A stretch of 64,000 bases of DNA from an uncultured Candidatus Poseidoniales archaeon (GCA_905182715.1 CAJJCP010000028.1:12592-76591), one strand, 5' to 3'. Counted from the first letter of the stretch, positions 18,695 to 28,780 are shown. Program-made: numbers and translations. The notes: generated by a model from the sequence alone, not told the origin.

Positions 18695-20500
18695 TCAAAC
18701 ACTCAGGTCGTAGGCGAGCAATCTCATGTAGGTTCCATACACTGTTGTTGAAATGGCTAATGATTCTTCATTAAATCGGTCCATTGTGTCCAGATACGTA
18801 TGGTATTCCCAACTACCGCTTCCGTAACAAACAACGGCACGTCCGTTTTTGCCACCCAAATCATAGACGAAGGGGCAATGGTCGGAATTACAAGGCATTT
18901 GATCGTCGTCTCCTTGGGCTCCATCAAGTAAACTAAATTGAATATCATACTTGTCAGCAATCTCACTTCGTTCTTGTTTATAGAGGTCAGTGATACGGAC
19001 AATGTGCCCGTAATCTTCTTCGTTATTGGTGAATAATTTCAAAGAGTTACCACGGTTCGCAAAATCAGCATCAACGTGATTCATATCGAGATTAATGTAC
19101 AAGCGAAGGTTATCTCTGAGACTGCTTTGCATCTGTTCAACATATGCTCTACTGCCCCACAATCCTTCTTCTTCTCCGCCCCATGTGCAGAATCGAATTG
19201 TACGATCTGGGGTTCCTGTTTCATTGACCACTTCTGCAATTTGGCGGGCCATTTCAAGAATACTCGAAGTTCCAGAAGTATCGTCAACAGCACCTTGTCC
19301 ATGATAGACGGTGTCATGGTGTCCACCAGCGATGACCAATTCAGAAGTTCGTCCTTGAATGGTTCCACACGGCACATATATGGTTCGTTCTTGGTCGTTC
19401 GTCACATCGATAATCAATTCGATGGAGGCAGGTTCAGTTGAATTAATAACCATGGTTTCAAACATTTCACCTGCGTCTTTGGACATCGAGATGAACGGAA
19501 TGTCAGTTGGAAGGTTGCCACCGTTTGCTGCGACCAATGAATCATAGTTGGTACCTTTGAAAATTGGTACACAGTCGTTGCCTTCGATTTGGCCACACTG
19601 GTAATTCTTATTGACACTAATCAGTCCAGCAAGGTCATTGATTGCCGCATTGCTGTAGAGTTCAGTATTACCGACTTTTGAACTGTCTCCACGAACATAG
19701 CCAATGGTTCCAGTAGCAGTTTGCCACAATGCTTCATCGGTTCCGTTGCCGAGGTCGGTCACCGTAATGTCTTCATCAAACATGTATTCAGATTGGCCGG
19801 AGAATCCTTGGATGACGTAATCAACTCGGTGTTGGAAGGGTGTAATTTGAGAACCTCCTGAAATAATTACACCTTCGCAGGCAAGAGAAAATGCACCACG
19901 GACACAGAGTCTGAAACTGGGTTCTGAATTGACATGATGCATAGGAACTTGGAATTCGTTGATTTCTGCAGCATAACCCATCTCTTGGAATTTCTGACTG
20001 ATGTATTGTGAAGTATTTGCTTCTTCTGTTGTCGCACTCATTCGCCCTTCCCAATCAGGATGGCCAAGATTGACGAGGTCTTCTGCAAAGTTCCGAGCTT
20101 GTGTTTGGTCGAAATCAATCAATTCGTAATCATAGTCACGCTCAAATCCTAGCCATGCTGGTTGAATGATAAAAACAGTAGCCGTCACCATGAGTAAAGC
20201 CAATCCGATAGCAACCAGTCCACCGAGATTCAACGGGCCATAGACGGTTGTCGACATGCGTTGTTTGAAGGTAAGAGGAGATTCAAAGTCATCATCTTCT
20301 AAACTCAAATTTGCAGTCATTGTTTCCTCTTTTGCGGTGGAAGCATCATTTCTTTCATCCCAAACACCTTTTGTTGACGCCTCAGATGAAACGAGGCGTT
20401 GAATGAGGAGAGATTTGTTACCACTGACGGCAAGTCCTTGACTGCGTAGCATATCTTTGAGCTCAGCAACAGAGTGCTTTGACAATGCAGATTCGTCCAT
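18695..20500 (-). CDS. Membrane-anchored M28-family zinc aminopeptidase with an N-terminal SAP domain
   Basis: SAP motif SVAELKDMLRSQGLAVSGNKSLLIQRLV, a TM helix GGLVAIGLALLMVTATVFII, and M28 metal ligands (GGHHDTV...DDTSGTS, WGGEEEGLWGS, HTYLD). Confidence 0.8.
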   Translation of the reverse strand: MDESALSKHSVAELKDMLRSQGLAVSGNKSLLIQRLVSSEASTKGVWDERNDASTAKEETMTANLSLEDDDFESPLTFKQRMSTTVYGPLNLGGLVAIGLALLMVTATVFIIQPAWLGFERDYDYELIDFDQTQARNFAEDLVNLGHPDWEGRMSATTEEANTSQYISQKFQEMGYAAEINEFQVPMHHVNSEPSFRLCVRGAFSLACEGVIISGGSQITPFQHRVDYVIQGFSGQSEYMFDEDITVTDLGNGTDEALWQTATGTIGYVRGDSSKVGNTELYSNAAINDLAGLISVNKNYQCGQIEGNDCVPIFKGTNYDSLVAANGGNLPTDIPFISMSKDAGEMFETMVINSTEPASIELIIDVTNDQERTIYVPCGTIQGRTSELVIAGGHHDTVYHGQGAVDDTSGTSSILEMARQIAEVVNETGTPDRTIRFCTWGGEEEGLWGSRAYVEQMQSSLRDNLRLYINLDMNHVDADFANRGNSLKLFTNNEEDYGHIVRITDLYKQERSEIADKYDIQFSLLDGAQGDDDQMPCNSDHCPFVYDLGGKNGRAVVCYGSGSWEYHTYLDTMDRFNEESLAISTTVYGTYMRLLAYDLSV

Positions 20501-20545
20501 GCAGCGCTTAGGGGGGTTTGGTTCAAGAATGCGGCGGTGCGATGC

Positions 20546-21118
20546 TTACTCTATTTCTTCACCAGTCCAGCGTTGACCGAGTGTATGTTCAATGCCAATA
20601 TGGTCGAGGATCCGTGCGACGACAAAATCCACAATGTCATCTAGCGATTTTGGATGATTATAGAATCCTGGAGATGCTGGAATGACGATTGCACCCCACT
20701 GGGAGAGTTTGAGCATGTTTTCCAAATGGACAGTTGCATACGGTGCTTCACGTGGTACAATGATGAGTTTTCTTCGCTCTTTCAAAGCAACAATGGCAGA
20801 CCGAGTAATCAAGTTGTCACCGATTCCAGCACCCAACTTGCCAAGCGTGGTCCCTGAGCACGGGCAAAGAACAACTGCGTCTATGTTTGCAGAACCCGAT
20901 GCGGATTTCGCACCGATGTTTTTGTCACTTTCGAGAAGTGCACCTGTTGATTCTGCCAACTCTTCTTTGGTTGTGTTGCATTCGTGCTTGAGGGTGATTT
21001 CACCAGCATTCGTGACGACTAATCGGACCGGAATATCCTTCTCTCGAAGAACTTGAACCAAACGTTGACCGTATACTGCTCCAGATGCACCAGAGATTCC
21101 TACAACAACTTCGCCCAT
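20546..21118 (-). CDS. ubiX: Flavin prenyltransferase UbiX
   Basis: VVGISGASGAVYGQRLVQVL...LCPCSGTTLGKLGAGIGDNLITR, characteristic of UbiX/Pad1 flavoproteins. Confidence 0.85.
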   Translation of the reverse strand: MGEVVVGISGASGAVYGQRLVQVLREKDIPVRLVVTNAGEITLKHECNTTKEELAESTGALLESDKNIGAKSASGSANIDAVVLCPCSGTTLGKLGAGIGDNLITRSAIVALKERRKLIIVPREAPYATVHLENMLKLSQWGAIVIPASPGFYNHPKSLDDIVDFVVARILDHIGIEHTLGQRWTGEEIE

Positions 21119-21198
21119 GTTTGCTGGTTGGGCTTCTACCTTTTATGCACTTGTTTTCAAGGAACTCGAAGATTCGAGTAGAAATTGAGCGGACTCTC

Positions 21199-21858
21199 TT
21201 ATCTCTTATGACTTCGATGAATCGATTCGTCCATTGTTTGGAGAAGGGCAGCAAGCAATTGGTCATATTCGATGGCATACCCAAGTTGAGCAAGGGAAGT
21301 TGTCGTATCGTTTTCGAGACCGCAACCGGCAAGCATCTCGACTCTTCCTTCTGGAGTGTTGTAATTAATGGTGAAACCATGGCGTGATGTCCATCGCAAG
21401 AACGATAGTCCAATGCTGGAGATTTTTTTATCATCGACCCAGACACCTTGCATTCGTTCATCCCTGTAGCCCTTGATTCCACATGTACCGAGTGCCTTAA
21501 TGATCCATTCTTCAAGAAGTGCTATAATTGCAGCAACAGAGACTTCACCTTCTAAGTCCCATTTGAAAATGGGATAGGCAACCAATTGCCCTGGGCCATG
21601 CCATGTCAAACCACCACCCCTGTCCACTGGGTGCGTGAGGTAATCTTCAGGGGGCAGGATTCCGTCGTTTCGTGCACGTGGTCCAACCGTTACAATTTCA
21701 GAATGTTCCATAATCAACATTGTATCGATTATTTCATCGTCAATTCTCTGCTTTTGCAGTTCCCTCATCAAATCAAGGGCCTCGGTATAGTCGACTAAAC
21801 CAATGAGGCGGACATCGACTTTACGTTCTCCGCTCATGGTTGCTCCAAGGCGCAACAT
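21199..21858 (-). CDS. lipB: Octanoyltransferase (lipoyl(octanoyl) transferase)
   Basis: RGGGLTWHGPGQLVAYP motif plus the BPL/LPL catalytic-domain pattern. Confidence 0.8.
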   Translation of the reverse strand: MLRLGATMSGERKVDVRLIGLVDYTEALDLMRELQKQRIDDEIIDTMLIMEHSEIVTVGPRARNDGILPPEDYLTHPVDRGGGLTWHGPGQLVAYPIFKWDLEGEVSVAAIIALLEEWIIKALGTCGIKGYRDERMQGVWVDDKKISSIGLSFLRWTSRHGFTINYNTPEGRVEMLAGCGLENDTTTSLAQLGYAIEYDQLLAALLQTMDESIHRSHKR

Positions 21859-21877
21859 GGCATCAATTCATGCCTTG

Positions 21878-22330
21878 TCAAAATTGGCCGGTTGAACCAA
21901 AGCCACCTTGGCCACGTTCTGTTTTGCCGAGGTCTTCGACTGAAGTTTCTACAATATTGACCTGAGGGACGGGTGCAAACAAAAGTTGTGCTACCCGCTC
22001 ACCTTTAGCGACGACAAATTCTTCTCCTTCTCCAATCCAGGTTGCAAGAACCATCAATTCTCCACGATAATCAGAGTCAATGGTTCCTACGCCGTTGGGC
22101 ATTATCATTCCCTTCTTACCAAGCGAAGAGCGGCAACGGATTTGTCCTTCCCATCCTTCTGGAATGGCAACTGCTAATCCAGTTCGGATCATCGAACTTT
22201 TTCTTCGAACAACCACGGTTTCTTCAAGTGCATACAAATCCCAACCAGCAGCTTGAGGGGAGCCTTGAGTTGGCAAACGGGCCTCTTCATCAAGTCGTGC
22301 AAATTCTACAGTCAGTTGTACTCTTTCCAT
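21878..22330 (-). CDS. dut: dUTP diphosphatase
   Basis: AAGWDLYA...GTIDSDYRGEL...GERVAQLLF...TERGQGGFGSTG are the dUTPase motifs. The start is set at MERVQLTV. Confidence 0.85.
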   Translation of the reverse strand: MERVQLTVEFARLDEEARLPTQGSPQAAGWDLYALEETVVVRRKSSMIRTGLAVAIPEGWEGQIRCRSSLGKKGMIMPNGVGTIDSDYRGELMVLATWIGEGEEFVVAKGERVAQLLFAPVPQVNIVETSVEDLGKTERGQGGFGSTGQF

Positions 22331-22779
22331 ACCTCTGTTAGGTCTGAGGGGGTTCTTGACGCTTGGCTTCACTTTTCTTGAACCAGTTTTTCCACGTTGG
22401 ATCTTATGCGAAATAAAAATAAACTGACGTGATTGAGAATACGGCAACATACATCAAAGCCTTCAAAGATTGAATCCACCATTCGTTTTCTTCGGCATCA
22501 ATGAACTCTCATATGAACTCTACTGCGGATTGAATAACTCTGGGCCATACATTCTCCAATTCTTCCCTATTACGAAAATTTGGTTGGCTTTGAGCAGTTC
22601 TTCAATTCTTGAAAAAGATTTGAAATCGTTCAATGTTCTGTATTTCTTGCTCTCCGGCTTCTTTTCTTCATTCCATCCCTCTTTCTCGCCACTTTGGAGG
22701 CTATTTGGCCTCTATTGCCTCTTTTCGGCGCAGTAATGTCGTCGAATAATCGTTCTTTTGGAGGGGGTATTACCCACAT

Positions 22780-22789
22780 AGATAATATA
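22780..22789 (+). promoter_or_regulatory. TATA-box-like element about 22 nt upstream of the csp GTG start, possibly driving a leaderless transcript
   Basis: GATAATATA lies at the distance expected for an archaeal TATA relative to a leaderless start codon. Confidence 0.3.
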
Positions 22790-22810
22790 CCACTAGTAAA
22801 ACCACGAAGC

Positions 22811-23002
22811 GTGGCACAAGGTACAGTCAAGTGGTTTAACCAAACAAAAGGATTCGGATTTATTGAAAGAGAAGGTGGCAATGACCTCTTCGTTCACATC
22901 TCAGAAGTAGAAGGCGAAATAACAGACGGGGACACCGTCGAATTCGAAGTCGGCGAAGGTCCAAAAGGACCGAACGCTGTCGGCGTCCGTAAGGTCGAGT
23001 GA
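22811..23002 (+). CDS. csp: Cold-shock protein (CspA family). The GTG start is preferred; the ORF finder's longer ORF begins at 22694.
   Basis: (V/M)[32 protein letters not shown]...[21 protein letters not shown] carries the canonical RNP1/RNP2 cold-shock domain. The GTG at 22811 gives the standard M-x-x-GTVKWFN N-terminus. Confidence 0.75.
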   Translation: MAQGTVKWFNQTKGFGFIEREGGNDLFVHISEVEGEITDGDTVEFEVGEGPKGPNAVGVRKVE

Positions 23003-23370
23003 AATCACCTCTCGCATACTTTGATGGGCGGAAACGCTCTCCAAGGTTTATGAGCGGAACTCTCTTCATCATTCAAACTACACTTCCACGTTCGTGGGAA
23101 GAATTTGAAATCGGATCATTCTCCCAACTCTTAATAGAAGCTGGCGCAGCATGCGTCCAGAGAACACAGATTCATTCAATGTACAGTTGGGCTGATACGC
23201 TCCATTCTGATTCTGAATGGTCTCTTGAAATTAAAGTGAGTTCCTCAAAAAAAGATACCGTTCTTCTGAAAATAGAAGAACTTCATCCGGATGACACCCC
23301 GCAACTCCTACATTGGGAAGTCCAAGCATCTCAAGGGTACGCTGATTGGACTCAAATAGATCGTAAATGA
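22999..23370 (+). CDS. Hypothetical protein (weak call)
   Basis: 123-aa ORF overlapping the csp stop by 4 nt. No recognisable motifs. Confidence 0.25.
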   Translation: MKSPLAYFDGRKRSPRFMSGTLFIIQTTLPRSWEEFEIGSFSQLLIEAGAACVQRTQIHSMYSWADTLHSDSEWSLEIKVSSSKKDTVLLKIEELHPDDTPQLLHWEVQASQGYADWTQIDRK

Positions 23371-23425
23371 CGATGTTATCATTTTTCCAGATGCTTGATT
23401 CATTGAGGGTCACTCCCTTCAGTTC

Positions 23426-23509
23426 GAGTGGAAACGCACCTCTCTCTCTGAGGATTTCAAACCCAATGGTTTTTGTAAATCAGGGGGGGCTGTTTGGAGT
23501 GGAAACGCA
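23426..23509 (+). repeat. Two exact copies of the 13-mer GAGTGGAAACGCA, 71 bp apart, upstream of nrdB
   Basis: Copies at 23426-23438 and 23497-23509; this is a direct repeat, not a palindrome. Possible operator sites. Confidence 0.3.
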
Positions 23510-23716
23510 ACAAAACATAGTGTACTTATTACAGCAAGAACGAGGCCTTTATACTCTGTGGGTAGATATTGCCTTTGTCGACCGCAAGGGATGTTTTTAG
23601 CAAACCAATATCACTCGCCAAATCGCTATGCTACATGGGGAGATGGGGGTGAACATTATACACTACCTCGGAGGGCAAATGAATTCCAGCAAGTGAAACA
23701 AACGGGGGTACGAGTC

Positions 23717-24763
23717 ATGGTCATCGAACAAGGAAAAAAATCAGCAAGTAATGATGGGTTTGAATTAGACCTCTCCCAGGAACATATCGAACCAATGTTA
23801 CAAGAAAATCTTGACCGCTTTGTTTTGTTCCCTATACAACATGCAGAAATCTGGGAAATGTACAAGTTGCACGCTGCCTCTTTTTGGACTGCAGAAGAAA
23901 TCGATCTTGCTGAAGACGCCAAAGATTGGAAGTCATTGAGCGATGACGAGCGCCATTTCCTCAAACACGTTCTCGCCTTCTTCGCAGCAAGCGACGGAAT
24001 TGTGAATGAGAACCTTGTAACCAATTTCGCTGATGAAGTCCAATGGGCTGAAGCACGTTGTTTCTATGGTTTCCAAATTATGATGGAAAATATCCATGCA
24101 GAGACCTATTCTCTTCTCATCGACACCTACATCACTGATGACAAAGAAAAAGATCACTTGTTTAACGCTCTAGAGACGGTCCCATCAGTGAAGAAGAAGG
24201 GCGACTGGGCTATGCGCTGGTTATCTCGTAAGCAGGGTTCCTTTGCTCAACGATTGGTCGCCTTTGCTGCTGTTGAGGGGATTTTCTTTTCCGGCTCTTT
24301 CTGTGCTATCTTTTGGCTCAAGAAGCGCGCTCTCATGCCAGGGCTCACCTTTTCGAATGAACTGATTTCTCGAGACGAAGGCCTTCACTGTGACTTCGCA
24401 TGTTTACTCCACAATCAATTGATCCGTGGAGCTGGAGAAAATATGATTCACAGAATCATTTCTGAAGCAGTGGAAATTGAAATTGAATTCGTTACTTCTG
24501 CACTGCCAGTCTCATTGATTGGGATGAATGCCGACCTCATGCAAGAATATATCCGCTTCGTTGCTGACCGATTAATGGTCTCACTCGGTGCGACTAAATT
24601 GTATAATGCTACAAACCCATTCCCTTGGATGGAAATGATCTCAATGCAAGGTAAAACGAACTTCTTCGAAAAGAGAGTTGGCGAATACCAGAAGGCTGGT
24701 GTCAAAGACGGCGGAAACCTCGGAAGCGTTCAACAACGCTTCTCAGTAGACGAAGACTTTTGA
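23717..24763 (+). CDS. nrdB: Ribonucleotide reductase class Ia small subunit (R2), eukaryote-like
   Basis: [27 protein letters not shown]...[14 protein letters not shown]...[15 protein letters not shown]...[14 protein letters not shown]...FSVDEDF is colinear with eukaryotic RRM2. Ferritin-like diiron ligands are present. Confidence 0.9.
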   Translation: MVIEQGKKSASNDGFELDLSQEHIEPMLQENLDRFVLFPIQHAEIWEMYKLHAASFWTAEEIDLAEDAKDWKSLSDDERHFLKHVLAFFAASDGIVNENLVTNFADEVQWAEARCFYGFQIMMENIHAETYSLLIDTYITDDKEKDHLFNALETVPSVKKKGDWAMRWLSRKQGSFAQRLVAFAAVEGIFFSGSFCAIFWLKKRALMPGLTFSNELISRDEGLHCDFACLLHNQLIRGAGENMIHRIISEAVEIEIEFVTSALPVSLIGMNADLMQEYIRFVADRLMVSLGATKLYNATNPFPWMEMISMQGKTNFFEKRVGEYQKAGVKDGGNLGSVQQRFSVDEDF

Positions 24764-24823
24764 ACCGTATTGGATGAACTAAAGTTATAGCGCAATCACA
24801 CATGAATTAATGGAGGAAAAAAA

Positions 24824-25516
24824 ATGACAATGCAAGTAGTCAATAGAGAAGGCGAGCGAGAGGATGTTCGTTTCGATGCGATACACGATAAACTCAAAAC
24901 ATTAACCTACGGTCTTGATCCAAATTGGATTGACCCAGGGCATGTTACCAAATTGACCATCGAAGGACTCTATGATGGAGTTACGACCCGTGAACTCGAT
25001 CAACTCGCTGCTGAAACCGCAGCTTCTCTCGCTTCTCAACATCCGGATTATAGCCGCCTTGCAGCACGAATTTGTGTTGATGACCTCCATCGCTCAACCA
25101 AGACCGTCTTCTCAGAAGTCATTACTGATTTGCGTGAATACATTGATCCTGAATCAGGGAAGCACGCACCGCTGATTTCTGAAGAAGTCTATTCAATCAT
25201 CATGGCGAATGCAGAGGTTCTGGATAACCATATTGATTACACTCGTGATCACAATTACGACTATTTCGGATTTAAAACTCTCGAACGTTCCTACTTACTA
25301 CGCTTGTATGGCGAAATTGCTGAGCGCCCACAACACATGTTGATGCGTGTTGCAGTTGGTATTCATCACTCCAATATCACGAAGGCCCTGGAAACATACG
25401 ATTTGATGAGTCAAGGCTACTTCACTCACGCAACACCTACTCTGTTTAACTCAGGGAACCCCAACACCTCAGATGTCATCGTGTTTCTTACTCACCATGC
25501 AAGACGATTCACTTGA
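24824..25516 (+). CDS. nrdA: Ribonucleotide reductase class Ia large subunit (R1), N-terminal fragment (ATP cone plus start of the catalytic domain). A +1 frameshift at about 25454-25457 interrupts it.
   Basis: [20 protein letters not shown] (ATP cone) ...[13 protein letters not shown]. The conserved continuation [13 protein letters not shown] is in the +1 frame. Confidence 0.9.
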   Translation: MTMQVVNREGEREDVRFDAIHDKLKTLTYGLDPNWIDPGHVTKLTIEGLYDGVTTRELDQLAAETAASLASQHPDYSRLAARICVDDLHRSTKTVFSEVITDLREYIDPESGKHAPLISEEVYSIIMANAEVLDNHIDYTRDHNYDYFGFKTLERSYLLRLYGEIAERPQHMLMRVAVGIHHSNITKALETYDLMSQGYFTHATPTLFNSGNPNTSDVIVFLTHHARRFT

Positions 25517-27218
25517 CGGAATTTACGATACACTCAAGCAGTGTGCTTTGATTTCAAAGTCGGCTGGTGGTATTGGTCTCTCGATTCATCACATTCGTTC
25601 AAAGGGCTCTTACATTAAGGGCACTAATGGGCAGAGCAATGGTATTGTTCCAATGCTGCGTGTCTTTAACGACACAGCGCGATATGTCGACCAAGGTGGC
25701 GGCAAGCGTAAGGGCTCCATTGCCATTTACCTCGAACCTTGGCATCCCGATATCCTTGCCTTCCTCGATTTGCGAAAGAATCACGGAAAGGAAGAACTTC
25801 GTGCACGTGATCTCTTCTATGCTCTGTGGACTCCTGATTTGTTCATGGAGCGTGTTGAACAAAATGCCGACTGGTCTTTCTTCTGTCCAAATGAGTGCCC
25901 AGGACTTCAAGATGCCTATGGTGCAGAATTCAAAGAACTCTTCGAATCCTATGAAGCACAAGGATTGGCCCGAGAAACACTCCCTGCACGAGTTGTCTGG
26001 GACAAATTAGTTGAATCTCAAATTGAAACTGGAACTCCATATATGTTGTACAAGGATGCAGCAAATGAAAAGTCCAACCAAAAGAATCTGGGAACAATTC
26101 GTTCATCGAACCTTTGTACTGAAATTATGGAATACACAGCTAAAGACGAAGTTGCGGTCTGTAACCTCGCATCGATTGCCCTCAACAAATACGTAGATGT
26201 AGCAAATCAATCTTTCAATCATCAACTCTTGTATGACGTGGCTTACCACGCAACTGGGAATCTGAATCGAGTCATCGATGTCAATTACTATCCGGTTGAG
26301 GAAGCTCGTAATTCGAACATGCGCCACCGACCAATCGGTCTTGGTGTTCAAGGTCTTGCTGATACATTTGCTCTTCTAAAGTTGCCTTTCGAGAGCCCTG
26401 AAGCCCGAAAACTCAACAAAGAAATTTTCGAAACAATTTACTTCGCTGCTTGTACCGCTTCGAAGGATGGAGCCATGGTCGAAGGGCCGTACTCAACTTT
26501 CCAAGGTTCACCTGCAAGTAAGGGTGATTTGCAATTCGACCTTTGGGGAATGAATGAACACAGTGGACGATGGGACTGGACTTCTCTGAAAGCAGAGATT
26601 GTTGAGCATGGAATGCGTAATTCACTTCTTGTTGCTCCAATGCCGACTGCTTCGACTTCACAGATTCTTGGAAATAACGAATGCTTTGAAGCGTTCACAT
26701 CGAACCTCTATGTTCGTCGAACTCTTTCTGGTGAATTCATTGTATTGAACAAGCATCTTGTTCGAGATCTCATTGAATTAGGAATTTGGGGAATTGAAAT
26801 GAAAGATGAAATCCTTCGTCACAAGGGCTCAGTTCAGAACATTGCAGGAATTCCTGACCATGTCAAAGAGTTGTACAAAACAACTTGGGAAATCAAGCAA
26901 CGTCACGTCTTGGACATGTCTGCTGACCGCGGTGCATACGTTGACCAAAGTCAATCACTCAACATCCACATGGTCGATGCAAACCCGGCTAAAGTCACTT
27001 CAATGCACTTCTACGGATGGAAGCAGGGACTCAAAACTGGAATGTACTATCTCCGAACCAAGGCTGCAGCAGATGCAATTCAATTCACTGTTGAAGCAAA
27101 GAAAGCTGAAGATCAAACCGTTGGTGGATTAGCTGAGCGTGCTGAAGACATTTCAAGTCTCGAAGCCATCGCTTGTTCACTTGATACGCCTGATGACTGC
27201 CTTAGTTGCGGTTCATGA
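25455..27218 (+). CDS. nrdA: Ribonucleotide reductase R1, C-terminal fragment continuing from the frameshift
   Basis: [47 protein letters not shown]...[15 protein letters not shown]...[15 protein letters not shown]; very eukaryote-like, including the C-terminal CxxC tail. Confidence 0.9.
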   Translation, partial: GTPTPQMSSCFLLTMQDDSLDGIYDTLKQCALISKSAGGIGLSIHHIRSKGSYIKGTNGQSNGIVPMLRVFNDTARYVDQGGGKRKGSIAIYLEPWHPDILAFLDLRKNHGKEELRARDLFYALWTPDLFMERVEQNADWSFFCPNECPGLQDAYGAEFKELFESYEAQGLARETLPARVVWDKLVESQIETGTPYMLYKDAANEKSNQKNLGTIRSSNLCTEIMEYTAKDEVAVCNLASIALNKYVDVANQSFNHQLLYDVAYHATGNLNRVIDVNYYPVEEARNSNMRHRPIGLGVQGLADTFALLKLPFESPEARKLNKEIFETIYFAACTASKDGAMVEGPYSTFQGSPASKGDLQFDLWGMNEHSGRWDWTSLKAEIVEHGMRNSLLVAPMPTASTSQILGNNECFEAFTSNLYVRRTLSGEFIVLNKHLVRDLIELGIWGIEMKDEILRHKGSVQNIAGIPDHVKELYKTTWEIKQRHVLDMSADRGAYVDQSQSLNIHMVDANPAKVTSMHFYGWKQGLKTGMYYLRTKAAADAIQFTVEAKKAEDQTVGGLAERAEDISSLEAIACSLDTPDDCLSCGS

Positions 27219-27348
27219 ATCGATTGATTGAAGTTTATAGATACTCGAGGGTGTAAACCTCCACTCGGGGATTTCAAGTCCTACGGGTGAGGCCCTGAGT
27301 GCGTTTCATCACGCTTCTTTTCCTTGCTCGTAGGCAACTTCTCATTTC

Positions 27349-28164
27349 TTAAGCCGAATGAATCGCATGGCCAAGAGTTGCAAGAACAGCTTCATGGGTC
27401 ATTTCAGTCATGGTCGGATGTGCATGGATTGTTCCAGCAATGTCTTCGAGTAAAGCACCCATCTCAAGAGCGAGCGTCCACTCACCGACCAGCTCACTGA
27501 TGTGAGTACCGACACCTTGGATTCCAAGAATACGATGATCATCTTCCCGTGCGCATACTCGAACAAATCCAGCAGTCTTTTCTGCTTCTTGAGTGAGTGC
27601 GCGTCCGTTTGCTCCCAAGGGGAACTTTCCGATAATCACTGGGTGTCCAGCAGCCTTTGCTTCTTCGGGTGAAAGTCCAACGGATACAATCTCTGGTTCA
27701 GTGAACACAATTGCAGGAACTGCGACTGGATCGTATGCCCGCTTGTGACCGGCGATGATTTCAGCAACCATTTCTCCTTGGAAAGATGCGACGTGGGCCA
27801 ACATTTCTCCTGAATCACATACATCGCCAATTGCATAAACGCCACGCATGTTGGTTTCACAACGGTCGTTGACTTTTACAAACCCACGTTCATCCAAAGC
27901 AACGCCTGTTGGCGCCAGAGATGCTGAGTTTGGTTTTCGGCCAACCGTGACCAGTACTTTGTCGACAATGATGTTCTGCATTTTCGATTCGTCTTTTTCA
28001 TTTTTGTCAATGAAGTTGAGTTGTGTGCGACCGTCTTTTGCTTTTTCAACACCTTTTGCGAAACACACCGAGATGGGTCTTAATTTTCTGCTTCTTAATT
28101 GAAATTTCAAGCGGTCGTCGCAGTTCCTTGTCAAAGATTGGCAGGACACTGTCCATTGCTTCAA
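27349..28164 (-). CDS. lpdA: Dihydrolipoyl dehydrogenase (E3), C-terminal fragment (NAD-binding part, central and dimerisation domains)
   Basis: AKGVEKAKDGRTQLNFID...TVGRKPN...VYAIGDV...HAHPTMTEM match E3. It joins the upstream fragment through a 1-nt frameshift near 28055-28065. Confidence 0.85.
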   Translation of the reverse strand: MKQWTVSCQSLTRNCDDRLKFQLRSRKLRPISVCFAKGVEKAKDGRTQLNFIDKNEKDESKMQNIIVDKVLVTVGRKPNSASLAPTGVALDERGFVKVNDRCETNMRGVYAIGDVCDSGEMLAHVASFQGEMVAEIIAGHKRAYDPVAVPAIVFTEPEIVSVGLSPEEAKAAGHPVIIGKFPLGANGRALTQEAEKTAGFVRVCAREDDHRILGIQGVGTHISELVGEWTLALEMGALLEDIAGTIHAHPTMTEMTHEAVLATLGHAIHSA

Positions 28165-28780
28165 CGACAGTCACTTCAGAACCGAGCATTCGGAATGTGA
28201 TCCCAAGTTCAAGCCCGATGTACCCTCCACCAACGATGGCGACGTGCTTTGGTAATTCTTCAAGCGTCAAAGCCTCACGAGAGGAAATGACGTTTTCGTC
28301 ATAAGGCATGAATGGAAGTTCAATTGGGACTGATCCATTGGCAAGAATGACATGTTCAGCTTGGATGATGGTGGCATCTTTCCCTTCACCGACTTTGACT
28401 GTTTTCGCGTCTTGGAATTCTGCCCACCCGATGATGAGTTCAGCACCTGCATTCTTGAGCAAATGTTCGACGCCTTTGTTGAGCCGAGTGACGATCCCTT
28501 CTTTCCATGAGACTAAGTTCCCCATGTTCAATTCAGCAGGCCCGGGGATTGAGATCCCCATGTGCCCATCATTTGATGCATGCTTTGCTAATTTGTGGAA
28601 TTGATGTGCGGCGTGGATCAAAGCCTTCGATGGAATACAGCCTCTGATGAGACAGGTTCCACCTGCTTTTTCACCTTCGACGATGATGGTTGACAAACCG
28701 AGTTGTCCTGCGCGAATGGCAGCAACATATCCTCCAGGGCCGGCTCCGATGACGAGAACTTGACATTTTTTAGTTTGCAT
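28046..28780 (-). CDS. lpdA: Dihydrolipoyl dehydrogenase (E3), N-terminal fragment (FAD-binding and redox-active disulfide)
   Basis: VLVIGAGPGGYVAAIRAGQLG...GGTCLIRGCIPSKAL...VAIVGGGYIGLELG. The reading frame leaves the conserved sequence at ...DKEL..KKQKIKTHLGVF. Confidence 0.85.
   Translation of the reverse strand: MQTKKCQVLVIGAGPGGYVAAIRAGQLGLSTIIVEGEKAGGTCLIRGCIPSKALIHAAHQFHKLAKHASNDGHMGISIPGPAELNMGNLVSWKEGIVTRLNKGVEHLLKNAGAELIIGWAEFQDAKTVKVGEGKDATIIQAEHVILANGSVPIELPFMPYDENVISSREALTLEELPKHVAIVGGGYIGLELGITFRMLGSEVTVVEAMDSVLPIFDKELRRPLEISIKKQKIKTHLGVFRKRC

Noticed and set aside
21000-21515. 171-aa minus-strand ORF spanning the ubiX/lipB junction
   Set aside because: It overlaps the 5' end of ubiX and the 3' end of lipB out of frame and fills the intergenic gap; composition-driven, with no motifs.
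23426-23509. NrdR boxes upstream of the RNR operon
   Set aside because: The repeated 13-mer is a direct repeat, not the palindromic 16-bp NrdR box, and NrdR is generally absent from archaea. It is kept only as an unexplained repeat.
24824-27218. An intein or intron as the cause of the split nrdA
   Set aside because: The two fragments join seamlessly at [17 protein letters not shown] with a 1-nt slip. There is no inserted sequence and the total length matches eukaryotic R1.
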